Source: a virus
Taxonomy: Duplodnaviria; Caudoviricetes
Strand: one strand, 5' to 3'
Virus record (IMG/VR): IMGVR_UViG_3300025127_000055
Coordinates: 1 to 52,219 of that record
DNA: 52,219 nucleotides
Shown here piece after piece: positions 39,981-46,430 of this stretch (its first letter is position 1; each line of letters begins with the position of its first letter). The notes beneath the pieces were generated by a model. It made no database searches. It worked only from the letters and a program-made list of their open reading frames with translations, and was not told where the DNA came from. Both the position numbers and the translations under genes were made by a program.

Positions 39981-40020
39981 ACTTTAACGACGATTTTTTC
40001 ACTTTGACGACGATTTTTTC
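39981..40020. repeat. Tandem 20-bp direct repeat (ACTTTRACGACGATTTTTTC x2)
   Basis: 39981-40000 actttaacgacgattttttc and 40001-40020 actttgacgacgattttttc differ at one base. Confidence 0.9.
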
Positions 40021-40321
40021 ACCGCCACTTTGTAAATGGTTTTGACTCCATTGCAACCTTATCCTTTGCTTCAATCAACTTTGCTGTCTCGATCTCATCA
40101 CTTTCATCCGCATTCGTATGATGCGTGACCTCCTTGAGAGTCTTAAGGTATTCAAGAACGTGCTCTCGAATCTCCATCAACTGATCATAACAACCCTGAT
40201 TATGGGCACAACCTCTCAGATTGTGGTCAGGCTTCAGTACTGACTCTGTGAATAAGTCTAAAGCCCTTTGATACTTCTGAGAAGGTGTCTCAGATTGGTC
40301 GATTGAATTTTGATCGTGCAT
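40019..40321 (-). CDS. Conserved cyanophage hypothetical protein (100 aa)
   Basis: SD GGAGG upstream; DLFTESVLKPDHNLRGCAHNQGC motif. Confidence 0.8.
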   Translation of the reverse strand: MHDQNSIDQSETPSQKYQRALDLFTESVLKPDHNLRGCAHNQGCYDQLMEIREHVLEYLKTLKEVTHHTNADESDEIETAKLIEAKDKVAMESKPFTKWR

Positions 40322-40330
40322 AGCGTCCTC

Positions 40331-41227
40331 CTAGATGACTCTGGTTTTCTCATGCCCAACTCGAATGAGTGGATCACACCAGATATCAAATCCTGCTTCG
40401 ATTGCATCCAGACAGAAGGATACGTCCTCTCCACACATGTCCTGTACCTCTCCAGACTCGAAGATCTGCATCTTTGGTGCAAACCAAGGGTATTTCATTT
40501 CGGCATGCTCAAACACTCCATTCTTGATGAGTACCCAACCGAATCCTGTGTAATCACAAGTGAACGGCTTCTTTCTCTTACTCATGGTTTCGAGAGTCTC
40601 ATGATTCATGACTCCACCGTTCTTACGGAAGTCACCTTCCTCTAACCAGTGAGCAATTGAAGTTGTTCTCCCATCTTCTGTACAGTACCAACCAGCAACG
40701 ATTTCTCTCTCTTTCTCTGGATCTACAATGATGTTCTTACCAACTACCTGAGTAACTGCTTTTCCTTCCTTATCAAGTTTTGCTTTACCATCTTCACCCA
40801 TTACAGGTTGTATGACATCCTCATAAGTTCTTGCCTCTTTTGGTATTGCATTATGAATTAATCTGTAGAACTTCTCTGTATCGAACATGATATCAGAGTC
40901 AATCCATAACTGATAGTCATATTTTAGATTTCCGTCCCATGGCTTCTGATCTGGCCCTCGTAGTACGTTTGCACCAAGACACTTACATCTTGCGAAGTTC
41001 ACCATACTACTGTAGTCCTGTGAGATCTGAATCGATGCACCACTCTGTACCAGATCAAAACAAAGTCCTACGAAACTTTTCAGAAACTGATAGGAAACTC
41101 CTCTACCTGGTAGACAGAATACGATTGCTTTTCCTCTTATTAATTGTCTACACTCTGCAAGATCAAATGTATCTTCATTCTTCTTTTGCTTGGGTGTTGC
41201 TGCTTTTACAGTAAATCCTTTTGCCAT
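40331..41227 (-). CDS. GT-A fold glycosyltransferase-like protein (298 aa)
   Basis: IVFCLPG first strand, NFARCK, DxD motif WIDSDI, TGFGWVLIK, GEDVSFC, C-terminal RVGHEK, in the order expected for GT2-like enzymes. Confidence 0.75.
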   Translation of the reverse strand: MAKGFTVKAATPKQKKNEDTFDLAECRQLIRGKAIVFCLPGRGVSYQFLKSFVGLCFDLVQSGASIQISQDYSSMVNFARCKCLGANVLRGPDQKPWDGNLKYDYQLWIDSDIMFDTEKFYRLIHNAIPKEARTYEDVIQPVMGEDGKAKLDKEGKAVTQVVGKNIIVDPEKEREIVAGWYCTEDGRTTSIAHWLEEGDFRKNGGVMNHETLETMSKRKKPFTCDYTGFGWVLIKNGVFEHAEMKYPWFAPKMQIFESGEVQDMCGEDVSFCLDAIEAGFDIWCDPLIRVGHEKTRVI

Positions 41228-41250
41228 AACTTAGTAATAATTACATTTAC

Positions 41251-41279
41251 ATTATACCATTACAATTCAAATCATGCAA
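41251..41279 (-). promoter_or_regulatory. Sigma70-like promoter TTGCAT-17-TATAAT (extended -10) for the glycosyltransferase-like gene
   Basis: + strand attata 41251-41256 and atgcaa 41274-41279; 17-bp spacer; TGg precedes the -10. Confidence 0.7.
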
Positions 41280-41306
41280 CAGTTAAGGTATATATGTGAC
41301 TCTTTT

Positions 41307-41459
41307 TCAGTCGAGGGTCGGTTCTTCCAACCTTGACAGCAGATCCTCTAAATCATCTTTCAAAGTTCCGTCAATGAGTAGTATGTTATCGTTCTCTAAC
41401 CGATACTGAAGGGTCTCCATGATTATGTCCTTCTCATAATGGTCTACACTAATTTTCAT
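41307..41459 (-). CDS. Small acidic hypothetical protein (50 aa, MKISVDHYEKDIIMETLQYRLEND...)
   Basis: Read by hand; AGGAAG upstream of the ATG. Confidence 0.65.
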   Translation of the reverse strand: MKISVDHYEKDIIMETLQYRLENDNILLIDGTLKDDLEDLLSRLEEPTLD

Positions 41460-41581
41460 CTTCCTATAAGTGAATTTATTTTTATATATCCTTTGCGAAC
41501 CTTAGACGACCTCTGAGGCCGTGGGAAATTTTTTCCCTGATGGGGGTTTTGAGTGCTTTTTTACTGGCCGAATATTTTTTT

Positions 41582-41701
41582 CTATGAGAGAATCACAATC
41601 AGGAATGCGATACCAAGTACTCCCATGAAGAAGAGGGGGTTGAGTAATCCAAGGTATTTGAGACCTGATGCAATTGCAATGAGTTTTAATATAAAGTTCA
41701 C
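41582..41701 (-). CDS. Small hydrophobic membrane peptide (39 aa, MNFILKLIAIASGLKYLGLLNPLFFMGVLGIAFLIVILS)
   Basis: Read by hand; GTG start with GAGGTG SD 7 nt upstream; almost entirely hydrophobic. Confidence 0.6.
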   Translation of the reverse strand: MNFILKLIAIASGLKYLGLLNPLFFMGVLGIAFLIVILS

Positions 41702-42085
41702 GGATTGTCACCTCTGTAGGTTAGGGTAGTTAGTCGTTTTTAAACCGCAAGGGGGGCATAACAAAACACATAAGGGGGCAATATAACTGGCTATAAGACC
41801 ACCAAGAACTGCCATAAGCACCCCATGACCAGCTGCTATAAGACACTGCACCCTTATAAGGTTTCTGTATTGTAGAGTCTAAACAGATTGACCACTGGCT
41901 GTGAGATGTGTCAAAACATAATGAAGTGTTCACATAATGCTGTGGTGTTCTCATCAGCTGGTGATACTGTTCACCCTATAAGACACTGGTGTGAGCTGTA
42001 CCTTATAAGACTGCTGTATCTGTTCATACTCTGTTTAGACTGTGTTACCTACTCATAAATCACTAACTCATAACGAATTACCCTT

Positions 42086-42114
42086 ATTATACACGAATCT
42101 CTCCCTACTGTCAA
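42086..42114 (-). promoter_or_regulatory. Perfect sigma70 consensus promoter TTGACA-17-TATAAT firing leftward into the non-coding region
   Basis: + strand attata 42086-42091 and tgtcaa 42109-42114. Confidence 0.88.
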
Positions 42115-42149
42115 ATTGTGTCGTTTCCCTTATACTTGCACTGTGGGGG

Positions 42150-42178
42150 TTGACTTCTGCGGTCTTATGTGTTATAAT
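42150..42178 (+). promoter_or_regulatory. Sigma70 promoter TTGACT-17-TGtTATAAT firing rightward (antisense to the gene flow)
   Basis: ttgact 42150-42155, tataat 42173-42178, 17-bp spacer, extended -10. Confidence 0.82.
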
Positions 42179-42311
42179 GAACGCCAAGATCACTATAAGT
42201 ACACACATTTAACGAACGCACTCTATAAGGATTCTACGAACATTCTAGACGGATTCAATAGAGAATACATATACCTTTTTTAAGCCATTTATTAATGTAT
42301 TTAAAAAGGTT

Positions 42312-42319
42312 TATTTATA
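42312..42319 (-). promoter_or_regulatory. T4-type late promoter TATAAATA pointing into the non-coding region
   Basis: + strand tatttata overlapping the stop of ORF 42315-42500. Confidence 0.55.
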
Positions 42320-42500
42320 CACTAAAATAAGGTTGATCTGTCTCTAGGTCTAGGTCGTATTCATCAAATTCAGTAACGAAGTATAGACCACTTTTAAGAC
42401 TCACGAATTTCTCTTTATCCCTTATAAACACTAGAGTTTCGGCATTTAACTGGTCTGTGGTTAGTTCCTTTAATTGGTTCAGTAATTCCTTATACTTCAT
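42315..42500 (-). CDS. Early-region hypothetical protein (61 aa)
   Basis: ATGA-coupled to the upstream ORF; MKYKELLNQLKELTTDQLN. Confidence 0.75.
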   Translation of the reverse strand: MKYKELLNQLKELTTDQLNAETLVFIRDKEKFVSLKSGLYFVTEFDEYDLDLETDQPYFSV

Positions 42501-42727
42501 AAGGTTGAGCCCCTGATACTTTTTACTTGCATTTGAGTAAATTTCTGTGCATCTATTTTAGTATAAAAAGTGCTAATAATTTCCCTTAATTTGCCTTGTA
42601 ATTGGTACTCTTTTTCTAAGGTTTCGGGGTCATTCTCCTGGAAATCTCTGCTTAATGCTTCGATTATTGTATTAATTTCCTCTTCACTTAGATTACATTC
42701 GAGTAAAATTCCTTTTGTGTGTTCCAT
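42497..42727 (-). CDS. Early-region hypothetical protein (76 aa)
   Basis: Contiguous operon packing. Confidence 0.7.
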   Translation of the reverse strand: MEHTKGILLECNLSEEEINTIIEALSRDFQENDPETLEKEYQLQGKLREIISTFYTKIDAQKFTQMQVKSIRGSTL

Positions 42728-42730
42728 AAT

Positions 42731-42943
42731 TTACCACTCCATAGTTGGTTGTTTACTTTGGGCTTTTTCAACTTTCTCATAATACTTGTCTACTGAGCCC
42801 TCTAACTTAGAGAAGATTGTTTGCACCTCTTCGGGGATCTCTCCATCTAATAAGTGGCCATACTTCTCTTCTAGGTTGAAAAGAATCACACTTATTTCTG
42901 CTTCGGTTAGTGTTAGATTGTGTTGTGTGTTTAATGCCATCAT
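42731..42943 (-). CDS. Early-region hypothetical protein (about 70 aa, MMALNTQHNLTLTEAEI...)
   Basis: Start re-assigned to the ATG overlapping the upstream stop; GGAG SD. Confidence 0.7.
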   Translation of the reverse strand: MMALNTQHNLTLTEAEISVILFNLEEKYGHLLDGEIPEEVQTIFSKLEGSVDKYYEKVEKAQSKQPTMEW

Positions 42944-43179
42944 GCAATAATCTCCAACTCTTTGAAATTGTGACATACTACTCTTCTGTGATTATCATCT
43001 ATTAGAATAGTTCGGTTTGATTTGGGTGTGTAGTTTTTTGCGTCAGTTTCTCCCTTAATGTAATTGATTAAGACCTGATACTGATTGTTTTTAAATCGAA
43101 CATTGTCCCCAACACCGATTACAGTTGGATTAATGTATCTTTGAATAAACATTTTTTTGTGTAAGTTTCCGTAGCACAT
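42940..43179 (-). CDS. Early-region hypothetical protein, SH3/KOW-like pattern (VGDNVRF)
   Basis: ORF track; start may be 43152 (MFIQRY). Confidence 0.65.
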   Translation of the reverse strand: MCYGNLHKKMFIQRYINPTVIGVGDNVRFKNNQYQVLINYIKGETDAKNYTPKSNRTILIDDNHRRVVCHNFKELEIIA

Positions 43180-43181
43180 TT

Positions 43182-43256
43182 TTAATTATGTGGATTGTAA
43201 AAATAAAGTATGTAAAGTATAATGAATATAATGAATATAAAGATTAAACCAGCCAT
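43182..43256 (-). CDS. 24-aa hydrophobic micropeptide MAGLIFIFIIFIILYILYFYNPHN
   Basis: Read by hand; AGGAG SD; fills the gap between two ORFs exactly. Confidence 0.55.
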   Translation of the reverse strand: MAGLIFIFIIFIILYILYFYNPHN

Positions 43257-43257
43257 T

Positions 43258-43470
43258 TTAGTCTCCTGTAGTCATTAATGAATCAATGTAGCTGGGGTTC
43301 TCATCTTCCCAATCTGTGACTGATTCCTCTAAGTTGTCGATTTCATGATGCTCATTTAGAAGTTCGATATACTCACTTATGATAGCATGATAGAAATCTT
43401 CATCTAACTTTGCCCTTTTTAGAACTCTGCGATAGAGTTCTAATGGAAAAACTTTTCTGTTCATTACCAA
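43258..43470 (-). CDS. Early-region acidic hypothetical protein (about 70 aa)
   Basis: ORF track; operon packing. Confidence 0.7.
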   Translation of the reverse strand: MVMNRKVFPLELYRRVLKRAKLDEDFYHAIISEYIELLNEHHEIDNLEESVTDWEDENPSYIDSLMTTGD

Positions 43471-43751
43471 GTCCCCTCTTTATGTGAATAACCAAACTCG
43501 TCAAGTAAAATGTCTCTTACCCTTTCTCTGTCAAGTGAATCACCATCACCCCAAGTACATAGTTCATTGCTGTCGTCAGCACATTGACCAAGATACTTTT
43601 CGGTAGCACCGAGAATGTCAACTTTTGAAAGTGGGTTGCCATCTTTCACAAGTGGATAGAGTGGGTCATTTACCCCATAGAATGAATCAACATACTCAAC
43701 AAAGTTTGTGAGCATATCGTTGAGTTCTGTTGAGTATGTTCCTGAGTTCAT
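43464..43751 (-). CDS. Early-region hypothetical protein (FVEYVDSFYG...WGDGDSLDRERVRD)
   Basis: Start re-assigned to 43751, downstream of the -10 box at 43775-43780. Confidence 0.75.
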   Translation of the reverse strand: MNSGTYSTELNDMLTNFVEYVDSFYGVNDPLYPLVKDGNPLSKVDILGATEKYLGQCADDSNELCTWGDGDSLDRERVRDILLDEFGYSHKEGTW

Positions 43752-43774
43752 AGTAGTTTGATTGTTATACATTA

Positions 43775-43832
43775 ATTATAAAGGAAGTTGAAATGAAATA
43801 GGAAAAAAGTAGACGATATTTTAATTGTCACA
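43775..43832 (-). promoter_or_regulatory. Early promoter cassette copy 1 (degenerate palindrome + TATAAT)
   Basis: attata 43775-43780; gtagacga-tattttaa-ttgtcaca 43809-43832. Confidence 0.65.
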
Positions 43833-44121
43833 CTGCTAACCCTTTTAACTTTAAAATCTCGTCATAATGAAGTTCAGCTGCTATAGTGCGGTAGATTCCA
43901 AAAATCTTGGCCATGTCCACACCTTCCCAATCTGTCCACTCTTCAACATATCCGAGCTGGCTCTCATCATATCCACCTGACTTCAAACTGGGGGCTGATA
44001 TAAACTCAAAGTTTGCATCAATAAAAAAATGCCTTCCAAACTCTTGAGACTCAAATGTGACACTTGGTAAAAACTTTCCGTTAGTCATATTTAAGTAGTC
44101 TTGAAAAAAGAATGTCCTCAT
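43828..44121 (-). CDS. Early-region hypothetical protein (up to 97 aa)
   Basis: ORF track; its stop lies inside the palindrome arm. Confidence 0.7.
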   Translation of the reverse strand: MRTFFFQDYLNMTNGKFLPSVTFESQEFGRHFFIDANFEFISAPSLKSGGYDESQLGYVEEWTDWEGVDMAKIFGIYRTIAAELHYDEILKLKGLAV

Positions 44122-44264
44122 TTTGTTTCCTCGTATGAATGAAAGAGTGAATAATAGAGATCGTTTTGAAGTCCAAACTCAAATGAAACATTTGCTTCGA
44201 TCTCGTCAGTAGAGTTATAAATCTTTGAGATTAATTCATACTCTTTTGCTGTAAGTGTTCTCAT
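44118..44264 (-). CDS. Small hypothetical protein (48 aa, MRTLTAKEYELISKIYNS...)
   Basis: Read by hand; GAGGAGG SD; ATGA overlap with the next ORF. Confidence 0.65.
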   Translation of the reverse strand: MRTLTAKEYELISKIYNSTDEIEANVSFEFGLQNDLYYSLFHSYEETK

Positions 44265-44504
44265 TTAGCCCTCCTCGCTGATAAAGGTATCTAATCTCTC
44301 AATGTCGAGCTCTGGGTTGAAAGTGAAATCTCTGAATGACTTGTAAGTATCAAAGAAATCAACTCCAGCTATATGATCTACTCCCCACTCTAAGATTTCT
44401 GTTACAAAATCTGCAAAGTCATCACAACAGCAAGCCATATTCTGAAAGTTGTCAACTTCGAGGATTCTGTTGATGATTCTGTCTGTTGGTGAAAGTTTGT
44501 TCAT
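44265..44504 (-). CDS. Early-region acidic hypothetical protein (79 aa)
   Basis: First ORF after the cassette promoter at 44530. Confidence 0.75.
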   Translation of the reverse strand: MNKLSPTDRIINRILEVDNFQNMACCCDDFADFVTEILEWGVDHIAGVDFFDTYKSFRDFTFNPELDIERLDTFISEEG

Positions 44505-44529
44505 TTTGAAATTCGTTTGTTATACTATT

Positions 44530-44588
44530 ATTATAATGGGTAGAGTATTAAAATCTACCCATGATGTGACAGTAATTAAACTGTCATA
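44530..44588 (-). promoter_or_regulatory. Early promoter cassette copy 2 (palindrome + hairpin + TATAAT)
   Basis: attata 44530-44535; atgggtaga/tctacccat 44536-44562; tgtgacag-taattaaa-ctgtcata 44565-44588. Confidence 0.85.
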
Positions 44589-44767
44589 CCGATTGATTTT
44601 TTGAGTTGTCTGTCAAGTACTTTTGAATAGTGTTTATTGTTTCTGGGGCTTTTTGGTGTGGTTACTAGAGCCCCTGTTACAATATGCTTAAAGACTAGAT
44701 GATTAGTTTCTCGAATTAAAATAAATCCGTTTCTCTTCATCTTCCTTTTAATTTCCCTCTGCTTCAT
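44576..44767 (-). CDS. HicA-like (dsRBD-fold mRNA interferase-like) protein, 63 aa, no adjacent hicB
   Basis: MKQREIKRKMKRNGFILIRETNHLVFKH..GALVTTP..YSKVLDRQLKK follows the HicA pattern (helix-GF-strand-xxH-strand-H-x-VTxP-helix); very basic. Confidence 0.65.
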   Translation of the reverse strand: MKQREIKRKMKRNGFILIRETNHLVFKHIVTGALVTTPKSPRNNKHYSKVLDRQLKKSIGMTV

Positions 44768-45084
44768 ACTGTCATACCTGATACAAAGGGAACTGCTGAA
44801 CCATCTAGGTCATCTGATAAAAACCATGCCCAGTTTTTTTGATTAACTCTCATACTAGGTACAAACTCATTAAGTAAAGCATTGAGTCTAGACTTAGTTG
44901 TATTGGATTGCCAACCGCCATCAAATAGTGTAAGATCGTTTGTAGCTGTATCTACTGAAGCAATGTGATTTCCATGTAGGAATACTTCAACAACTTCTCT
45001 TGATACTCTGACCATAGTATTAGAACCAGCCCAGTTGCGTCTGTATCTGATTGCTGTGTTCATTTGCTGTTCGATCTTTCTCAT
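44764..45084 (-). CDS. Conserved cyanophage early hypothetical protein (106 aa)
   Basis: MRKIEQQM..VFLHGNHIA..GGWQSNTTKSRLNALL motif. Confidence 0.8.
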   Translation of the reverse strand: MRKIEQQMNTAIRYRRNWAGSNTMVRVSREVVEVFLHGNHIASVDTATNDLTLFDGGWQSNTTKSRLNALLNEFVPSMRVNQKNWAWFLSDDLDGSAVPFVSGMTV

Positions 45085-45117
45085 AATAAAAAATGAATGA
45101 TTGTTTGTTATACTATT

Positions 45118-45176
45118 ATTATAATGGGTAGGTTATTAAAATCTACCCATAGTGTGACAGTAATTTAACTGTCACA
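45118..45176 (-). promoter_or_regulatory. Early promoter cassette copy 3 (perfect palindrome)
   Basis: attata 45118-45123; atgggtagg/tctacccat 45124-45150; tgtgacag-taatttaa-ctgtcaca 45153-45176. Confidence 0.88.
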
Positions 45177-45177
45177 T

Positions 45178-45402
45178 TTACATCATTTTTTCAGCAACAA
45201 AAGCTCCCATAAGTGTTTGATAGATGTCATCACATATTTTTGTGAGTTCATCATCACTTGCTCCAATAGATGGGTGATAGTTAACAAAATCCTCTATTGG
45301 ATCTCCACCGAAAGTAACTTCTCTGATTGAAACATCAGCATTATCATCAATAAATGCTTCATGTAAAACTGTCTCATTTTGCCATGTGTTTTCAAAAATC
45401 AT
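45178..45402 (-). CDS. Early-region acidic hypothetical protein (74 aa)
   Basis: Single ORF between two cassette elements. Confidence 0.75.
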   Translation of the reverse strand: MIFENTWQNETVLHEAFIDDNADVSIREVTFGGDPIEDFVNYHPSIGASDDELTKICDDIYQTLMGAFVAEKMM

Positions 45403-45427
45403 AGTAGAATCCTTTGCTTATATGGCT

Positions 45428-45487
45428 ATTATAATCGGAAAATTGGAAAAAAAGACCGATCATTGTGACAGTAATTAAATTGGTTTA
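45428..45487 (-). promoter_or_regulatory. Early promoter cassette copy 4
   Basis: attata 45428-45433; atcgg/ccgat 45434-45460; tgtgacag-taattaaa-ttggttta 45464-45487. Confidence 0.8.
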
Positions 45488-45745
45488 TTATCTCACTGCG
45501 AATACTGTTTTTAGGTTACGATCTTCTACATAGGCTTTTCCATAGTCTGTAGCCCACTCGATTGCACTTTTTTTAGCAACTTCAAAATCCATTGTATAAT
45601 GCTCGTGATAGCCAAGAGGGTGGTCGGGAACTATAACAGTATAGTCAAATTTATTTCTGGGGTGGTTTGGTTCTCTTCTAAGATTATCAAGTTGAATAAT
45701 CTTTAACTGCTTGAGTGACTCTTCTAAAATTTCAATAGTTGTCAT
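45488..45745 (-). CDS. Early-region hypothetical protein (85 aa, MTTIEILEESLKQL...)
   Basis: Start re-assigned to 45745 (AAGGGAG SD, just after the upstream stop). Confidence 0.75.
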   Translation of the reverse strand: MTTIEILEESLKQLKIIQLDNLRREPNHPRNKFDYTVIVPDHPLGYHEHYTMDFEVAKKSAIEWATDYGKAYVEDRNLKTVFAVR

Positions 45746-45746
45746 T

Positions 45747-45941
45747 TTAAACTCCCTTAACTGTATTGGATAAGTATGTTTCTTTAGCTGCACAAATATT
45801 ATCAAATAAATTATCGAATGTTTGAACATCAAAATCATCACTCTCATTAAGATAATTAATTATCTCATCTTGAGAACACATGATATTATATAAGTGGTTA
45901 TACTGACCTTGTGTAAGTTCAATACATAATCCTTTTTTCAT
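45747..45941 (-). CDS. Early-region hypothetical protein (64 aa)
   Basis: ATGA-coupled to the upstream ORF. Confidence 0.7.
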   Translation of the reverse strand: MKKGLCIELTQGQYNHLYNIMCSQDEIINYLNESDDFDVQTFDNLFDNICAAKETYLSNTVKGV

Positions 45942-46093
45942 TGTGCTAAGTCCTCGAATCTTTGTTGTGCTAATACTTCTGCACTAAATTGTAACTCTTC
46001 ATCATTGAATCCTAATGGATTGTTGTTAGTTACCTCTTCTAATGCTTCCTCAAATAGTGTTTCAAGTAGCATTTCATTTTGTAAAGTTGACAT
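45938..46093 (-). CDS. Small acidic hypothetical protein (51 aa, MSTLQNEMLLETLFEE...RFEDLAQ)
   Basis: Start re-assigned to 46093, downstream of the -10 at 46119; AAGGA SD. Confidence 0.75.
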   Translation of the reverse strand: MSTLQNEMLLETLFEEALEEVTNNNPLGFNDEELQFSAEVLAQQRFEDLAQ

Positions 46094-46118
46094 TTTGAAA
46101 TCCTTTTGTAATATGGCC

Positions 46119-46178
46119 ATTCTAGTCTATCTGACTAGAATTGTGTCAGAGAATTGTGCCAGCTCTGTATCTGGCATA
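46119..46178 (-). promoter_or_regulatory. Early promoter cassette copy 5, embedded in the 3' end of a CDS
   Basis: attcta (TAGAAT) 46119-46124; ttctagtc/gactagaa hairpin 46120-46140; tgtgccag-ctctgtat-ctggcata 46155-46178. Confidence 0.7.
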
Positions 46179-46402
46179 TATTGTGCTGGCCTTCTGGTGT
46201 TGATAGTTACCTCATAGTTGTAATTATCAAGTCTATCAAATAGTTCATCAGCCATATCATTAACGTGAATTAATTTTCTATTAACTGTTTCAGTTACGAA
46301 AGTCAAAACTCTTAATCTGACATTCTTCTTAACGTCTCCTAGAAAATCCTTGACCTGATAATAGTCAACTGTCATTGCTCCGTCAGATGATTTGATTTGC
46401 AT
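46127..46402 (-). CDS. Early-region hypothetical protein (91 aa)
   Basis: First ORF after the cassette promoter at 46431. Confidence 0.7.
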   Translation of the reverse strand: MQIKSSDGAMTVDYYQVKDFLGDVKKNVRLRVLTFVTETVNRKLIHVNDMADELFDRLDNYNYEVTINTRRPAQYMPDTELAQFSDTILVR

Positions 46403-46430
46403 AATAAAAAAATCCTTTTGTTATATGGCC

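Larger units (their letters stand above)
41769..42235 (+). repeat. Dispersed same-orientation (C/T)ATAAG repeats, several extended as CTATAAGAC(A)C
   Basis: Copies begin at about 41769, 41792, 41813, 41837, 41855, 41977, 42004, 42194 and 42224. ctataagacactg is identical at 41836 and 41976. Confidence 0.8.

Noticed and set aside
989-40645. Numerous plus-strand ORFs in the track (e.g. 4083-4460, 5728-6312, 14234-14605, 25793-26182)
   Set aside because: They overlap well-supported minus-strand genes and reflect codon-bias shadows.
41730-41954. 74-aa minus-strand ORF (and 69-aa ORF 41502-41711) in the control region
   Set aside because: No convincing SD and atypical composition. The first is made of the TATAAG repeats. 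The second overlaps the better-supported 39-aa ORF in another frame.
41876-42041. Retron msr-msd (a1/a2 inverted repeat) or diversity-generating retroelement
   Set aside because: No reverse transcriptase in the window, and no template/variable repeat pair differing at adenines was seen.
41460-42310. tRNA genes in the intergenic region
   Set aside because: No cloverleaf with a T-loop GTTCRA and acceptor stem recognised by eye; a tRNAscan-SE run would be definitive.
44056-44080. Additional TGTGACAC half-site inside an ORF
   Set aside because: No partner arm and no -10 box at the 34-36-bp spacing; probably chance.
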